From the IMG/VR virus record IMGVR_UViG_3300035034_000432: a stretch of 58,456 nt of DNA; one strand, given 5' to 3'. Below the pieces are notes generated by a model. The model saw nothing but the letters and a program-made list of their open reading frames with translations. It had not been told where the DNA came from and searched no databases. Every line of letters starts with the position of its first letter. Position 1 is the first letter of the stretch. This document shows, one piece after another, positions 50,605 through 58,456 of the stretch. This DNA is from a virus. A program made the translations under genes and the position numbers.

Positions 50605-50778
50605 ATGACCATTGAACAGATAAGGGAAATTTTAAAAGACAGAAATCTGAAAGAGGTTTCACGAAGGACCGGAGTGCATTACGTCACGCTCTCAACAATC
50701 AGAAGCGGATCAAACACCAATCCAAAATACAACACAGTTAAGACTTTGGAGAATTATTTCAAAGAGCAGGTGGCGTAG
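50605..50778 (+). CDS. small HTH DNA-binding protein (putative)
   Basis: 57 aa from ATG 50605, which lies 8 nt after TGGAGA. LKEVSRRTGVHYVTLSTIRSG is HTH-like. The ORF-track start 50506 is the palindrome itself. Confidence 0.55.
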   Translation: MTIEQIREILKDRNLKEVSRRTGVHYVTLSTIRSGSNTNPKYNTVKTLENYFKEQVA

Positions 50779-51701
50779 TGGCAGCACTTCCATACATGCA
50801 GCTTTACGTTGCTGACTACCTGGCCGACACCATGCACCTGACCACGGAGGAACACGGCGCATATTTGCTTTTGTTAATGAACTACTGGCAAACAGGTAAA
50901 CCAATACCTAAATCCAGGCTTTCAAGAATTGCACGACTGTCCAACGACCGTTGGATTCTCGTTGAAGCTTCGTTGGCCGAGTTCTTCAACGACAATGGGA
51001 CGGAGTGGGAGCAGGCAAGGGTAGAGCGTGACCTAAAGCTGGTAAAGGATTCGCAAGAGCAGCGGGTGCTTGCCGGGAAAGCGTCAGCAGAGGCAAGAAA
51101 GCGGTCACAACAAGAGAAAGACAAACGGAATCCCAACGAGAAGCCAACGACCGTTGAACGACCGTTACAACGAGAAGGCAACGAGAAGGCAACGAATATA
51201 GATATAGATACAGATACAGATACAGATACAGATACAGATACATATAAAGAAAAAGATCAAAAGCGGCCTGCGCCTGCGAGCGAAAACCCCGCCGATGTTC
51301 CAAGCGTTTCACCGCCAAGGAGCAAAAAGCCAGAAATTGATTACTCCAGCTGGCCAGAAATTCCAGAGCCACAAATACTTTTTGACTGGATGGCTGCCAG
51401 AAAAAAAGCCAAAGGCGCAAACAGCCAAACGGCCATCAACACAATCGGAAAGGAACTGCACAAAGCCGTGGATCTTGGATTTACTGTAGACCAATGCGGA
51501 GAACTGGCAGCCACACAATGCTGGCGAGGATTCAAAGCGGAATGGATGGTTAACCAGGTGGGAGGAAATTCTAAAGCGCCAAACCAGCAAGTGGGGTTCA
51601 ACGGACAGCAGATAAAATCTAAGCAGCAGCTTCTTGAAGAAAGAAACGAGCAAGCCGTCAGAGACTTTGCAGGGGAAGGTGAAACCTATGACCAATACTG
51701 A
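50778..51701 (+). CDS. replication protein with N-terminal DUF1376 (YdaU-like) domain
   Basis: PYMQLYVADYLADTMHLTTEEHGAYLLLLMNYWQTGKPIPKSRLSRIARLS.DRW......LAEFF is the DUF1376 signature. A (DT)n linker follows. The C-terminal part (SWPEIPEPQILFDWMAARKKAKGANSQTAINTIG...GF..D.......CWRGFKAEWM) resembles helicase-recruiting or DnaT-like phage replication proteins. Confidence 0.7.
   Translation: MAALPYMQLYVADYLADTMHLTTEEHGAYLLLLMNYWQTGKPIPKSRLSRIARLSNDRWILVEASLAEFFNDNGTEWEQARVERDLKLVKDSQEQRVLAGKASAEARKRSQQEKDKRNPNEKPTTVERPLQREGNEKATNIDIDTDTDTDTDTDTYKEKDQKRPAPASENPADVPSVSPPRSKKPEIDYSSWPEIPEPQILFDWMAARKKAKGANSQTAINTIGKELHKAVDLGFTVDQCGELAATQCWRGFKAEWMVNQVGGNSKAPNQQVGFNGQQIKSKQQLLEERNEQAVRDFAGEGETYDQY
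51201..51242 (+). repeat. hexanucleotide microsatellite: GATATA followed by (GATACA)6, in frame, encoding DIDTDTDTDTDTDT
   Basis: gatata at 51201-51206, then six perfect gataca units at 51207-51242. Confidence 0.95.
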
Positions 51702-52383
51702 CAAAAAAGAGTTTGGCCGCATCTGGATAGCAGCCTACGCGATGTACGGCAAAGATATGACGCAGCCAATGCTGGAAATGCTTTTCAGCTCAATGGAAAA
51801 TTACAACCTAGAAGATATCCGTTGCGGCCTTTCTGGACACGTCAAAAATCCAGACACTGGCCAGTTCCCGCCAAAGCCAAGCGATGTTATCAAGCACATA
51901 TCTGGCAGCAGCCAGTCGGCAGCCGGCGAAGCATGGGCAAAAGTGGATTACGCTATTCGCTGCATTGGAAACTACCGAACGGTGGTATTTGACGATCCAA
52001 AAATTCACGCAGCCATTGAGCGCCTGGGTGGCTGGGTGAAGATAACCACACTGGATGGCAAAGAATATCCGTTCATTCAGAATCACTTTTTGAAAATCTA
52101 CCAGGGGTTCACGGTAAATCCGCCGACCAAGTACCCAAACAAAATGATAGGCGCTTGTGAGCATCAAAACGAGCAGGAGTCTGGCTTCTTGCGCGGCAAG
52201 CCTGACAACCAGCCTGTACTGATTGGCGACAAGGAAAAGGCACGACTGGTCTACGAGGGAGGCAGTGTAGGTGGCATTGCACAGGTAACCCAAGGGCAGA
52301 CACAGACTTTCCTAGATACAGGAATCAAGGCCCAGCTGGACCGGATAATTAAATCCAGCAAATATATTGAAAACGAAGAGTAA
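51688..52383 (+). CDS. hypothetical protein (possible replication accessory)
   Basis: ATG 51688 follows GAAGGTGA (ORF track gives 51634). 231 aa with no Walker A motif. Sits in the position of a helicase loader, but the sequence does not support that role. Confidence 0.5.
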   Translation: MTNTDKKEFGRIWIAAYAMYGKDMTQPMLEMLFSSMENYNLEDIRCGLSGHVKNPDTGQFPPKPSDVIKHISGSSQSAAGEAWAKVDYAIRCIGNYRTVVFDDPKIHAAIERLGGWVKITTLDGKEYPFIQNHFLKIYQGFTVNPPTKYPNKMIGACEHQNEQESGFLRGKPDNQPVLIGDKEKARLVYEGGSVGGIAQVTQGQTQTFLDTGIKAQLDRIIKSSKYIENEE

Positions 52384-52443
52384 AAGGGCTACTTTTACCG
52401 CATAACAACAAAAAACACCCAATCCAAAACGAGGAAACGTTAC

Positions 52444-52668
52444 ATGCCAAAAAGTGAGAATATTTTTATAGAAGCAGATTTTGGGGAAATTGCAAAGCGC
52501 ATTGCAGCTAACGCGAAATTTGACGCGGCAATGATTCAATACATTTTAAGCCGAGAAGTAACCATTCTGCATGAAATTGTCGGCGAGGCTCTACTCGAAC
52601 TTCACGCAGAAGTCGTGGAAGCCGTCAAAGATTACAAGGAGACTCCCGGTGACAGAAGCAAGCATTAG
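52444..52668 (+). CDS. hypothetical protein
   Basis: 74-aa ORF with SD GAGGAAA. Confidence 0.5.
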   Translation: MPKSENIFIEADFGEIAKRIAANAKFDAAMIQYILSREVTILHEIVGEALLELHAEVVEAVKDYKETPGDRSKH

Positions 52669-53068
52669 GCATCTGCGCCAGCGCTTGAAGGCTTACAGCA
52701 ACCTGTGTATTCCGTTGAACCTGGCCTGCAAGAACATCGGCATATCGCTCAAGGTAATTGAGCGCATTGCAGCCGCAGAGAAGTGGACCCACGAACTGGA
52801 CGATATGTTCCAGATAACAGCAGGCCAAAAGCGCAAGGCGCCGGCAAAGCACGAAGGCATTCGATATCTGAAAGTAGAAACGCTGGAATCATTGGCACCA
52901 GAGCTTAATAAACGGCTGATTGTCAGATTTCTAACCGCGCGCTGGACCAGGCGCACAATCAAAAAGAAGGTAATGCTTCATGTCCCAAAAACCAGAAAGC
53001 AAGCCAGCAGTAGGCCCGGCATTGGTCAGTCGAATGACGGACACCATGGAAGTGCTGCAAGACTTTGA
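52649..53068 (+). CDS. hypothetical protein (uncertain gene)
   Basis: GTG 52649 lies 6 nt after AAGGAG and overlaps the upstream stop. However, the 3' end overlaps the next ORF by 89 nt, so one of the two calls may be wrong. Confidence 0.35.
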   Translation: MTEASIRHLRQRLKAYSNLCIPLNLACKNIGISLKVIERIAAAEKWTHELDDMFQITAGQKRKAPAKHEGIRYLKVETLESLAPELNKRLIVRFLTARWTRRTIKKKVMLHVPKTRKQASSRPGIGQSNDGHHGSAARL

Positions 53069-53378
53069 CGGCGGCGTATTCCTTGAAAAGCTGAACCGCG
53101 CACTTACCGAAGTCGCCGGCGGTGTGATTGATTACAAAGTCAAAGGCAGAGTGACGATTACTCTGGAAATGCAGCCCATCGGTGGCAGCGCTCAAGTAAA
53201 CCTGACTCACAAGCTGGAATACCTGGTACCCATGCCGAACGGATCTTTGCTCGACAAAGACAACACCAGCACGGTCATGCAAGTGCATACCGGTGGGCGC
53301 TTGTGTTTCGAGAAGGAAAACCAAACGGCGCTATTCAACCGCAATGGATCAATCAAGGACGCAACCGATGATAAGTGA
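52980..53378 (+). CDS. hypothetical protein
   Basis: 132-aa ORF. ATG lies 9 nt after AAGAAGG. Confidence 0.5.
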   Translation: MSQKPESKPAVGPALVSRMTDTMEVLQDFDGGVFLEKLNRALTEVAGGVIDYKVKGRVTITLEMQPIGGSAQVNLTHKLEYLVPMPNGSLLDKDNTSTVMQVHTGGRLCFEKENQTALFNRNGSIKDATDDK

Positions 53379-54255
53379 ATCTGGAATCGACAAGCTGGTG
53401 GAGCTAACTTCACCGGCTGAAATCAACAAAATGCTTGGCGCAATGACTGGACAGCGGGCGCTGGCAATTCCAACAACCGTAAAAGTGCATGACTTTGAAA
53501 GGTATTTCCCCAAGCTACTGCGAATGAAGCAACAATTCCAAACGCAAGACCTTGAAAGCTTTGCTGTGTATTCCATTGATATGGCTGGCCAGTATGCAAG
53601 AGCATCAGAAACAACAGATGCAGCAGGTTTAGACGAAGGATTGGCAGCGCAATTAACGCCTTTATTCGTGGACGAGTCGGCAATGTCGGCGCGCGTAGTG
53701 TTTGATTTTGCATCCGTAGAAGATCCACTGCACTGCGATAACACGGCAACATTGACGCTTCGCAAGACGGCTGAATACCGACAGTTCCTAGAAGCGAACG
53801 ACAACCCAATGCGCCAGAAAAACTTTGCCGAGTGGCTGGAAGACTGGCGCGCATACCTTGTGGTTTACGACCAGGACGGCGGGACGCTACCAATGGCCAC
53901 GGCAATTTCAGCCGTTCGCAAATACGAAGTATTGGAAAAGAACGAGGTTGGCAGCGAAGAAAAGTCGTTTTCACAGCGAAAATCCGCAACGTCAGAAGTG
54001 GGCGCGAAAAACGCCGAAAAACTGCCTGGCTTCGTCGGCTTCAAGTGTAAGCCGTACAAGGAACTGAATCAGCGCGAATTTATGACCCGCGTTTCAATTT
54101 CAGATCCTCAGTCGCCGGTATTCCGCTTGCGCGCTATTCAGCTGGAAACTGTAGCAGAAGATATTGCTAGTGAGTTTTGCCGGCTAATAGGCGACAGAAT
54201 CAATGAGGACGGCGTGAATTGCGATAGGTTTGCAATTTACAAGGGCAGCATTTAA
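53368..54255 (+). CDS. hypothetical protein (DUF2303/YfdQ-like?)
   Basis: ATG 53368 follows AAGGA (ORF track gives 53293). ...ALAIPTTVKVHDFERYFPKLLRMKQQFQTQDLESFAVYS resembles the remembered N-terminal pattern of DUF2303 prophage proteins. Tentative. Confidence 0.4.
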   Translation: MISESGIDKLVELTSPAEINKMLGAMTGQRALAIPTTVKVHDFERYFPKLLRMKQQFQTQDLESFAVYSIDMAGQYARASETTDAAGLDEGLAAQLTPLFVDESAMSARVVFDFASVEDPLHCDNTATLTLRKTAEYRQFLEANDNPMRQKNFAEWLEDWRAYLVVYDQDGGTLPMATAISAVRKYEVLEKNEVGSEEKSFSQRKSATSEVGAKNAEKLPGFVGFKCKPYKELNQREFMTRVSISDPQSPVFRLRAIQLETVAEDIASEFCRLIGDRINEDGVNCDRFAIYKGSI

Positions 54256-54533
54256 CCCTTAGCACGAGGCAGGGCCAGGTGACTGGCTCTGTATTCTATG
54301 CAAAAACACACCATTTAGACTTACATTGACGGGATACTTTGCCAGGTTGAGATTGAGTACAGCCCGGGCAGCGATCGATTAATTCACAGTGCAAGCACCG
54401 AGCCAAACGACCCCGAAGAGATTGAGGTGATATCTGCCATGTATCGCAGGGGTAACCCGGTAGCCTGGGTGGAACGGAAACTGACGAGGCACGAAGAGGC
54501 CCGCATCATCAAAGAGTTTAAGAGGGAAATCTA

Positions 54534-54941
54534 ATGGCAGACCTTGAACGACTGGCAAAGCAACACGCCAAGCTGGCAGACGAGCGCAACCGGTTAAAGC
54601 GCGAAGGCAGTGACGAATTAGGTAAGTGTTTGCGCGCGAACGCAACACCCGAAGGCTTCAATAATTTTGGTCCTGACAGCTTAAAAAACCGACTCAAAGC
54701 TAATTACGAAAAACTGAATTGCATTGAGGCCGCTTACGCAAATCTGGACGGTTTTACTTTTGAAGAGGCATGGCCGTACATCGATATCGACGACGAAAAC
54801 AGCATGGCCTGCATCCACTGCCAAAACACGCGCGAACTGCGAAAGCAGAGAATGGCCGCCGGCATCCAGCTGGGAAAGATCAGAACCGGCATTACCCTGG
54901 CGGGCAGGTATTTGTTGAAGCTTGAATCGGAAAAGGACTAG
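54534..54941 (+). CDS. hypothetical protein
   Basis: 135-aa ORF. ATG overlaps the stop of the upstream open frame (TAATG). Confidence 0.55.
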   Translation: MADLERLAKQHAKLADERNRLKREGSDELGKCLRANATPEGFNNFGPDSLKNRLKANYEKLNCIEAAYANLDGFTFEEAWPYIDIDDENSMACIHCQNTRELRKQRMAAGIQLGKIRTGITLAGRYLLKLESEKD

Positions 54942-54944
54942 GCC

Positions 54945-55460
54945 ATGCCGAGAAGCAAGAAGCCGCGTAAAAAATACGCATTAACCCAACGAAGCCGCCG
55001 CGAGTCAATCCTTGGCGTTGAAATGGAGCATGACACCGCCTGGCGAGTGGATGGCAAAGATAAGGCGACAGTTAAAATCAAAATACCTGATGGAAGTATT
55101 TACTTGCCGGAAGGCTACTACCAAGGCCGGTGGCTTATGCTTAACGGCGCAATTGACACCCATGCAATGGCTCTTGAGAGGCTAAAGCGGCTGGAATTTA
55201 ACTGGCAGGTTTGGTCTTGGGCGCTTGGAGAAACCCCAACGGGAGAGCAATACCGAGAAGAAACAAGCTTTAACGCCGACGAGCCGGTAAAGCTGGACGC
55301 ATTGCATGAACTTGCAGAGCAGGCAATGGCGGAGAATAAAAAAGCGCTTGGCCTGAATCACTATCGATCAAGTGGGTGGCGCGTAGTAACCACTGGACAA
55401 GCGGAGCCTTACAGCCTAGAGTTACTGAAACAGGCAAAGAAAGGTAAAAAAAGTGGCTGA
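54945..55460 (+). CDS. hypothetical protein
   Basis: 171-aa ORF. Confidence 0.55.
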   Translation: MPRSKKPRKKYALTQRSRRESILGVEMEHDTAWRVDGKDKATVKIKIPDGSIYLPEGYYQGRWLMLNGAIDTHAMALERLKRLEFNWQVWSWALGETPTGEQYREETSFNADEPVKLDALHELAEQAMAENKKALGLNHYRSSGWRVVTTGQAEPYSLELLKQAKKGKKSG

Positions 55461-55554
55461 ATACATACTATACGCAGCGCCATATATCCTTTTACCGTTA
55501 ATCGGCGCGGCAATAAAAATAATCAGGCGATCAATTTAAACCGAGGAAATCAAG

Positions 55555-55749
55555 ATGGAAGATCGTAATTTTTTGGTTTGGTCAAACGAACACAAAGCCT
55601 ACTGGGGATGGAACCATTGTGGTTACACGGTAGATGCTGCCCTGGCAGGGCGTTACACCCTGGCCGATGCCGTTGCTATCTGTCACCAAGCAAACGGACC
55701 CCAATCTTCGGGCGTCCCGCCTGAATCCATCGTACCGGTGGCGGAATGA
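55555..55749 (+). CDS. hypothetical protein
   Basis: 64-aa ORF with SD GAGGAAA. Confidence 0.5.
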   Translation: MEDRNFLVWSNEHKAYWGWNHCGYTVDAALAGRYTLADAVAICHQANGPQSSGVPPESIVPVAE

Positions 55750-56033
55750 ATGCCGAGCAGCTGCGCCAGCAGCTTGTTAACGCGCAATACTACCTGCACA
55801 CGAACGGTCAGCTTATATTCAAGCCGAACGGCGGTGTAGAGCGCGAGAGCAGCTTTGTGGTGAAGGTATGGCAGGTTCTTGACCACGTTCGCACACCGCA
55901 AGATTACACCCAGTTTTTGAGAGAAGCGCGAGAGGCAGGAGCAAGCGCAGATCGAATAAACGAAATCGCACTTGTAAACGATCTGGACGAAAATAATCCA
56001 GGCTGGCAATATCAAGTGTATGGTGGCGAGTAA
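55746..56033 (+). CDS. hypothetical protein
   Basis: 95-aa ORF with ATGA overlap to the upstream gene. Confidence 0.5.
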   Translation: MNAEQLRQQLVNAQYYLHTNGQLIFKPNGGVERESSFVVKVWQVLDHVRTPQDYTQFLREAREAGASADRINEIALVNDLDENNPGWQYQVYGGE

Positions 56034-56092
56034 CTGCCGGTGGCGCTATAGTGGCTACTACAGAATAAATACAGATTAAAAGAGGAAATATC

Positions 56093-56716
56093 ATGCTTGA
56101 GTCAGAACTAAAAGATCAAAAAAAACTCGCACAAGCGCAGCTTACACACTGGCGTTGCCACAAGATTGTTCAAGCCGGCTACATTGTGGAACGGCTGGAC
56201 TTTGAAGGCGGCGCGCATCTGTGCATTGACCAAATCCGCGAAGGAATTGCCGTAGACGCAGTGTTTCTGCAGCGACACAATCCGCAAATCGGCCAGTGTT
56301 ACGTTTTGTACGAAGATGGGTACGAGTCAATCAGCCCAGCTGGAAGCTTTGAGGCTGGATACAGCGAGGTTGGCTCTATTCCGCACACAGCAATAACTGA
56401 AATTGCTGAACAGGCCCACGAAATGAACCGGCTGTACTGTGAAGCGCTGGGGGATAACAGCCAGGTAAAGTGGGCTGATGCCGACGAATGGCAGAAGAAA
56501 AGCGCAGTTACTGGCGTGACAGCGGTATTGCATAGCATCGACAGCACATCGGAAGACCTGCACAACAGCTGGACGCTTGGCGATGTGAAGGATGGTATTG
56601 CAAGAACGCATCCCTGCATGGTCCCTTACGACCAGCTGCCAGCCGACCAGCAGTTCAAAGATCATCTGTTTCGCAGCTTTGTAACGCTCAACCTGCAGCT
56701 GTACGGCGCACTGTAA
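56093..56716 (+). CDS. RyR-domain-like protein (putative)
   Basis: AEQAHEMNRLYCEAL......W.DADEWQKKS... and ...THPCMVPYDQLPADQQFKDHLFRSFV resemble the bacterial/phage RyR-domain pattern (a..iHe.w....gw.yG....k.hP.lvpy.eLpe.ek.kD...v). Confidence 0.45.
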   Translation: MLESELKDQKKLAQAQLTHWRCHKIVQAGYIVERLDFEGGAHLCIDQIREGIAVDAVFLQRHNPQIGQCYVLYEDGYESISPAGSFEAGYSEVGSIPHTAITEIAEQAHEMNRLYCEALGDNSQVKWADADEWQKKSAVTGVTAVLHSIDSTSEDLHNSWTLGDVKDGIARTHPCMVPYDQLPADQQFKDHLFRSFVTLNLQLYGAL

Positions 56717-56780
56717 GAAGTTTGCCCGCATCTGGGGCAGCAAAAGATCAAAAGGCCGCCAAAAGGCCAAGGTGATACCG

Positions 56781-57101
56781 ATGAAAGTGAAATGTTACTT
56801 GGTAATCCAAGGCAAGACCCCAACCAGTGGACTTGACCGAAACAGACGGCGCGACCCGGGCACACTCCGCGTCACAAAAAGAAGGCCGGACACGGACAGC
56901 GATGAAATAGCCATTGCGCTATGCCTCGATATTCCTGATTCGTTGTTCATCAAACCCGTACTGCAAGCCAACATATCCGTGCCGGAAGGCTCCCCCATGG
57001 GCGGTGAAATAGACACGGTGGTTGCAGACAACATTGCTGACGTTATCCGCGAGCAGCTTGGAATCGTTGTTCACGTAACAGCAGAGCGGGGTGACAGTTG
57101 A
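56781..57101 (+). CDS. hypothetical protein
   Basis: ATG 56781 lies 6 nt after AAGGTGA (the ORF track uses GTG 56772). Confidence 0.5.
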   Translation: MKVKCYLVIQGKTPTSGLDRNRRRDPGTLRVTKRRPDTDSDEIAIALCLDIPDSLFIKPVLQANISVPEGSPMGGEIDTVVADNIADVIREQLGIVVHVTAERGDS

Positions 57102-57721
57102 TGGCCATTGAGCAGGAGCGCCAAAAAATGAAAACAAGTAAAGAGTCGTTCCACGATTGGGCTGACACTTTCGATCCAGAAGGTGACGAGTGGATGGATA
57201 TGGAAATTGATAAGGTTTACGCCCAAGGCTGGAAAGATTGCCAGGCGCAGCTGGAAAGCGCAGAGCCAGTAGGCGAAGTGATCTACATGATTCAGCCGAA
57301 TTGGGAAGACGCCAGCAAAACCAAGGGCGTAGCGCTGGTGGATCAGTTCATAAAGCCGGGGACAAAGGTTTACTTGCGGGTACCCGTAGCAAAACCGGAA
57401 AAAACCGAGCGTGATGTATTGAGCGAGGTGATGGACGCTTTGTTTGACGCTGGATACGTAATGCTTGGCGTCTGCGATGGCGAGGAATGGCTTCACGAAG
57501 GGACCAGGGCCGAGTTATTGGACTTTGTAATGGCCGCTGACGAGGGAACAATCCAATACAGCAGCCCAGTGGGGAAGAGGTTTTCAATGCACATGGTCTA
57601 CGGCAATGCGCCGTGGGAAGTGATTGCAGACCTGAGCGGTCAAGACGTTGACACATTTGAATACGGCAACGCCGTTATTACACCGGTCACTGACAGGGCC
57701 GAGCGAGAGCTACGCACATGA
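57098..57721 (+). CDS. hypothetical protein
   Basis: 207-aa ORF. It ends ...ELRT with ATGA coupling inside a 21-nt sequence that is repeated at the next gene junction. Confidence 0.6.
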   Translation: MMAIEQERQKMKTSKESFHDWADTFDPEGDEWMDMEIDKVYAQGWKDCQAQLESAEPVGEVIYMIQPNWEDASKTKGVALVDQFIKPGTKVYLRVPVAKPEKTERDVLSEVMDALFDAGYVMLGVCDGEEWLHEGTRAELLDFVMAADEGTIQYSSPVGKRFSMHMVYGNAPWEVIADLSGQDVDTFEYGNAVITPVTDRAERELRT

Positions 57722-57727
57722 GCGATG
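57707..57727 (+). repeat. 21-nt gene-junction repeat, copy 1 (gagctacgcacatgagcgatg)
   Basis: Identical 21-mer at 58297-58317. Each copy spans ...E-L-R-T-stop and Met-Ser-Asp of consecutive genes. Confidence 0.9.
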
Positions 57728-58311
57728 TAATCTTGAAAATGAAGATGTCAGCGATTTCAGCGGGAAAGCTATTTCAGCGCGCTTGCTACCTTGAAAGCCA
57801 AGTGGATCATCTAAACGCGCAGCTAGAAGGGATCAGAGCCGCTGCCATGGCGATTGTTAAAGATGCGCCAAGCTATGGGCCGTTGTGGTTTGGGAGTGAG
57901 GAAATCAAAGCTTTGCACCCATTCCTAAAGCCAGTCGACCAAGTAGAGGTTTATCACGTCGACGACCCAGTAGGTTATGTGAGCAAGAGAATGCTGGACC
58001 AGATGGACGCTAACGCATGGTCCGGCCTGATGATGCGCAGTCAGATGATTGACGGCGATATCGGTCTTTACACCCATTCTGTCAGTCGTTCGGAAATCCC
58101 GAATAACTCAGACCATTTAACCGATGCCGGTGAAATGAATGCCAGCGCCGATGTGCCGGATGGGTGGAAGCTGGTACCGCTGGAGCCAACACTCAAAATG
58201 CTTGAAGAAATTCATTTGGTTAAAGAGTTTACGCACCAAGCGATGACCGCCAGGTACGTGGCTTTGCTCGACGCTGCGCCAGAGCCACCAAAGCGGGAGC
58301 TACGCACATGA
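57718..58311 (+). CDS. hypothetical protein
   Basis: 197-aa ORF. It begins MSD and ends ...ELRT, both inside the repeated junction sequence. Confidence 0.6.
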   Translation: MSDVILKMKMSAISAGKLFQRACYLESQVDHLNAQLEGIRAAAMAIVKDAPSYGPLWFGSEEIKALHPFLKPVDQVEVYHVDDPVGYVSKRMLDQMDANAWSGLMMRSQMIDGDIGLYTHSVSRSEIPNNSDHLTDAGEMNASADVPDGWKLVPLEPTLKMLEEIHLVKEFTHQAMTARYVALLDAAPEPPKRELRT

Positions 58312-58317
58312 GCGATG
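58297..58317 (+). repeat. 21-nt gene-junction repeat, copy 2
   Basis: Identical to 57707-57727. Confidence 0.9.
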
Positions 58318-58456
58318 CAAAAGCCGAAGGCCATTCAAAGGATTGGTTAAAAACGCTCGACCGGTGGATTGATCTAATGTCGCGGCTAAAGAAACAGCCA
58401 ATCCGCGAGTCAATGCAGCAAGAGGTTGATAGAGTCAGAACCGAAGTAATGCGCTA
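58308..58456 (+). CDS. 5' part of the wrap-around gene (continues at nt 3-560)
   Basis: ATG 58308 (ATGA overlap) gives MSDAKAEGHSKDWLKTLDRWIDLMSRLKKQPIRES..., which is in frame with ORF 48-560 through the terminal repeat. Confidence 0.7.
   Translation, partial: MSDAKAEGHSKDWLKTLDRWIDLMSRLKKQPIRESMQQEVDRVRTEVMR
58330..58456 (+). repeat. 127-bp exact direct terminal repeat, right copy
   Basis: Identical to nt 1-127. Confidence 0.95.

Noticed and set aside
1-58456. Search by eye for tRNA/tmRNA genes, an integrase/attP and a lysogeny repressor
   Set aside because: No intergenic gap is long enough and cloverleaf-like. No tyrosine or serine recombinase motifs or CI-like repressor were recognised. 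Absence from a by-eye scan is weak evidence, and tRNAscan-SE/ARAGORN and profile searches should confirm it.

Overview
This window is a complete, circularly closed genome of a tailed dsDNA phage. nt 1-127 are identical to nt 58330-58456, so the unique length is 58,329 bp, and one gene (ATG 58308) reads through the junction to nt 560. The host is probably Gram-negative, judging from a lipobox lipoprotein, a lytic transglycosylase and an amidase endolysin. I recognised no tRNA, rRNA, CRISPR array, integrase, DNA polymerase or RNA polymerase.

Layout:
- Plus-strand transcription runs from about 47.9 kb, across the contig junction, to about 44.6 kb.
- 47.9-58.4 kb and 0-1.7 kb hold early and replication genes: an HTH regulator, SSB, a nin-like block with a YbcO-like protein and a RuvC-type resolvase, a DUF1376 replication protein, and many small unknown ORFs.
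- Next comes an Sf6/P22-type packaging module (terS 1720-2409, terL 3700-5343). A three-gene minus-strand cassette containing a RadC-like JAB protein splits it.
- Then follow portal, scaffold, a CsrA-like mini-gene, an N4-gp56-type major capsid protein, head/tail completion genes, two paralogous tail fibres with S74 chaperone domains, and a lysis cassette. Three putative internal (ejection) proteins close the module.
- I recognised no tape measure, tube or sheath gene, so the architecture looks podovirus-like.
- Minus-strand genes are the RadC cassette (2406-3595), a small membrane ORF (42892-43056) and a recombination module (44571-47751: YqaJ-type exonuclease, ERF-type annealase, HTH, coiled-coil protein).

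The main feature is a single uninterrupted ORF of about 18 kb (24982-42912, about 5,980 codons, 31% of the genome). It encodes a polyvalent protein with these modules in order: an N-terminal SLT lytic transglycosylase, a well-conserved GGDEF-type nucleotide cyclase domain (SGDEF variant), a DarB-like N6-adenine methyltransferase plus strawberry-notch/SNF2-type helicase, an ADP-ribosyltransferase-like domain, and a hydrophobic C-terminal region. Several thousand residues between these modules carry no motif I can name.

All domain calls come from reading motifs by eye and from remembered family signatures. No database search was run.
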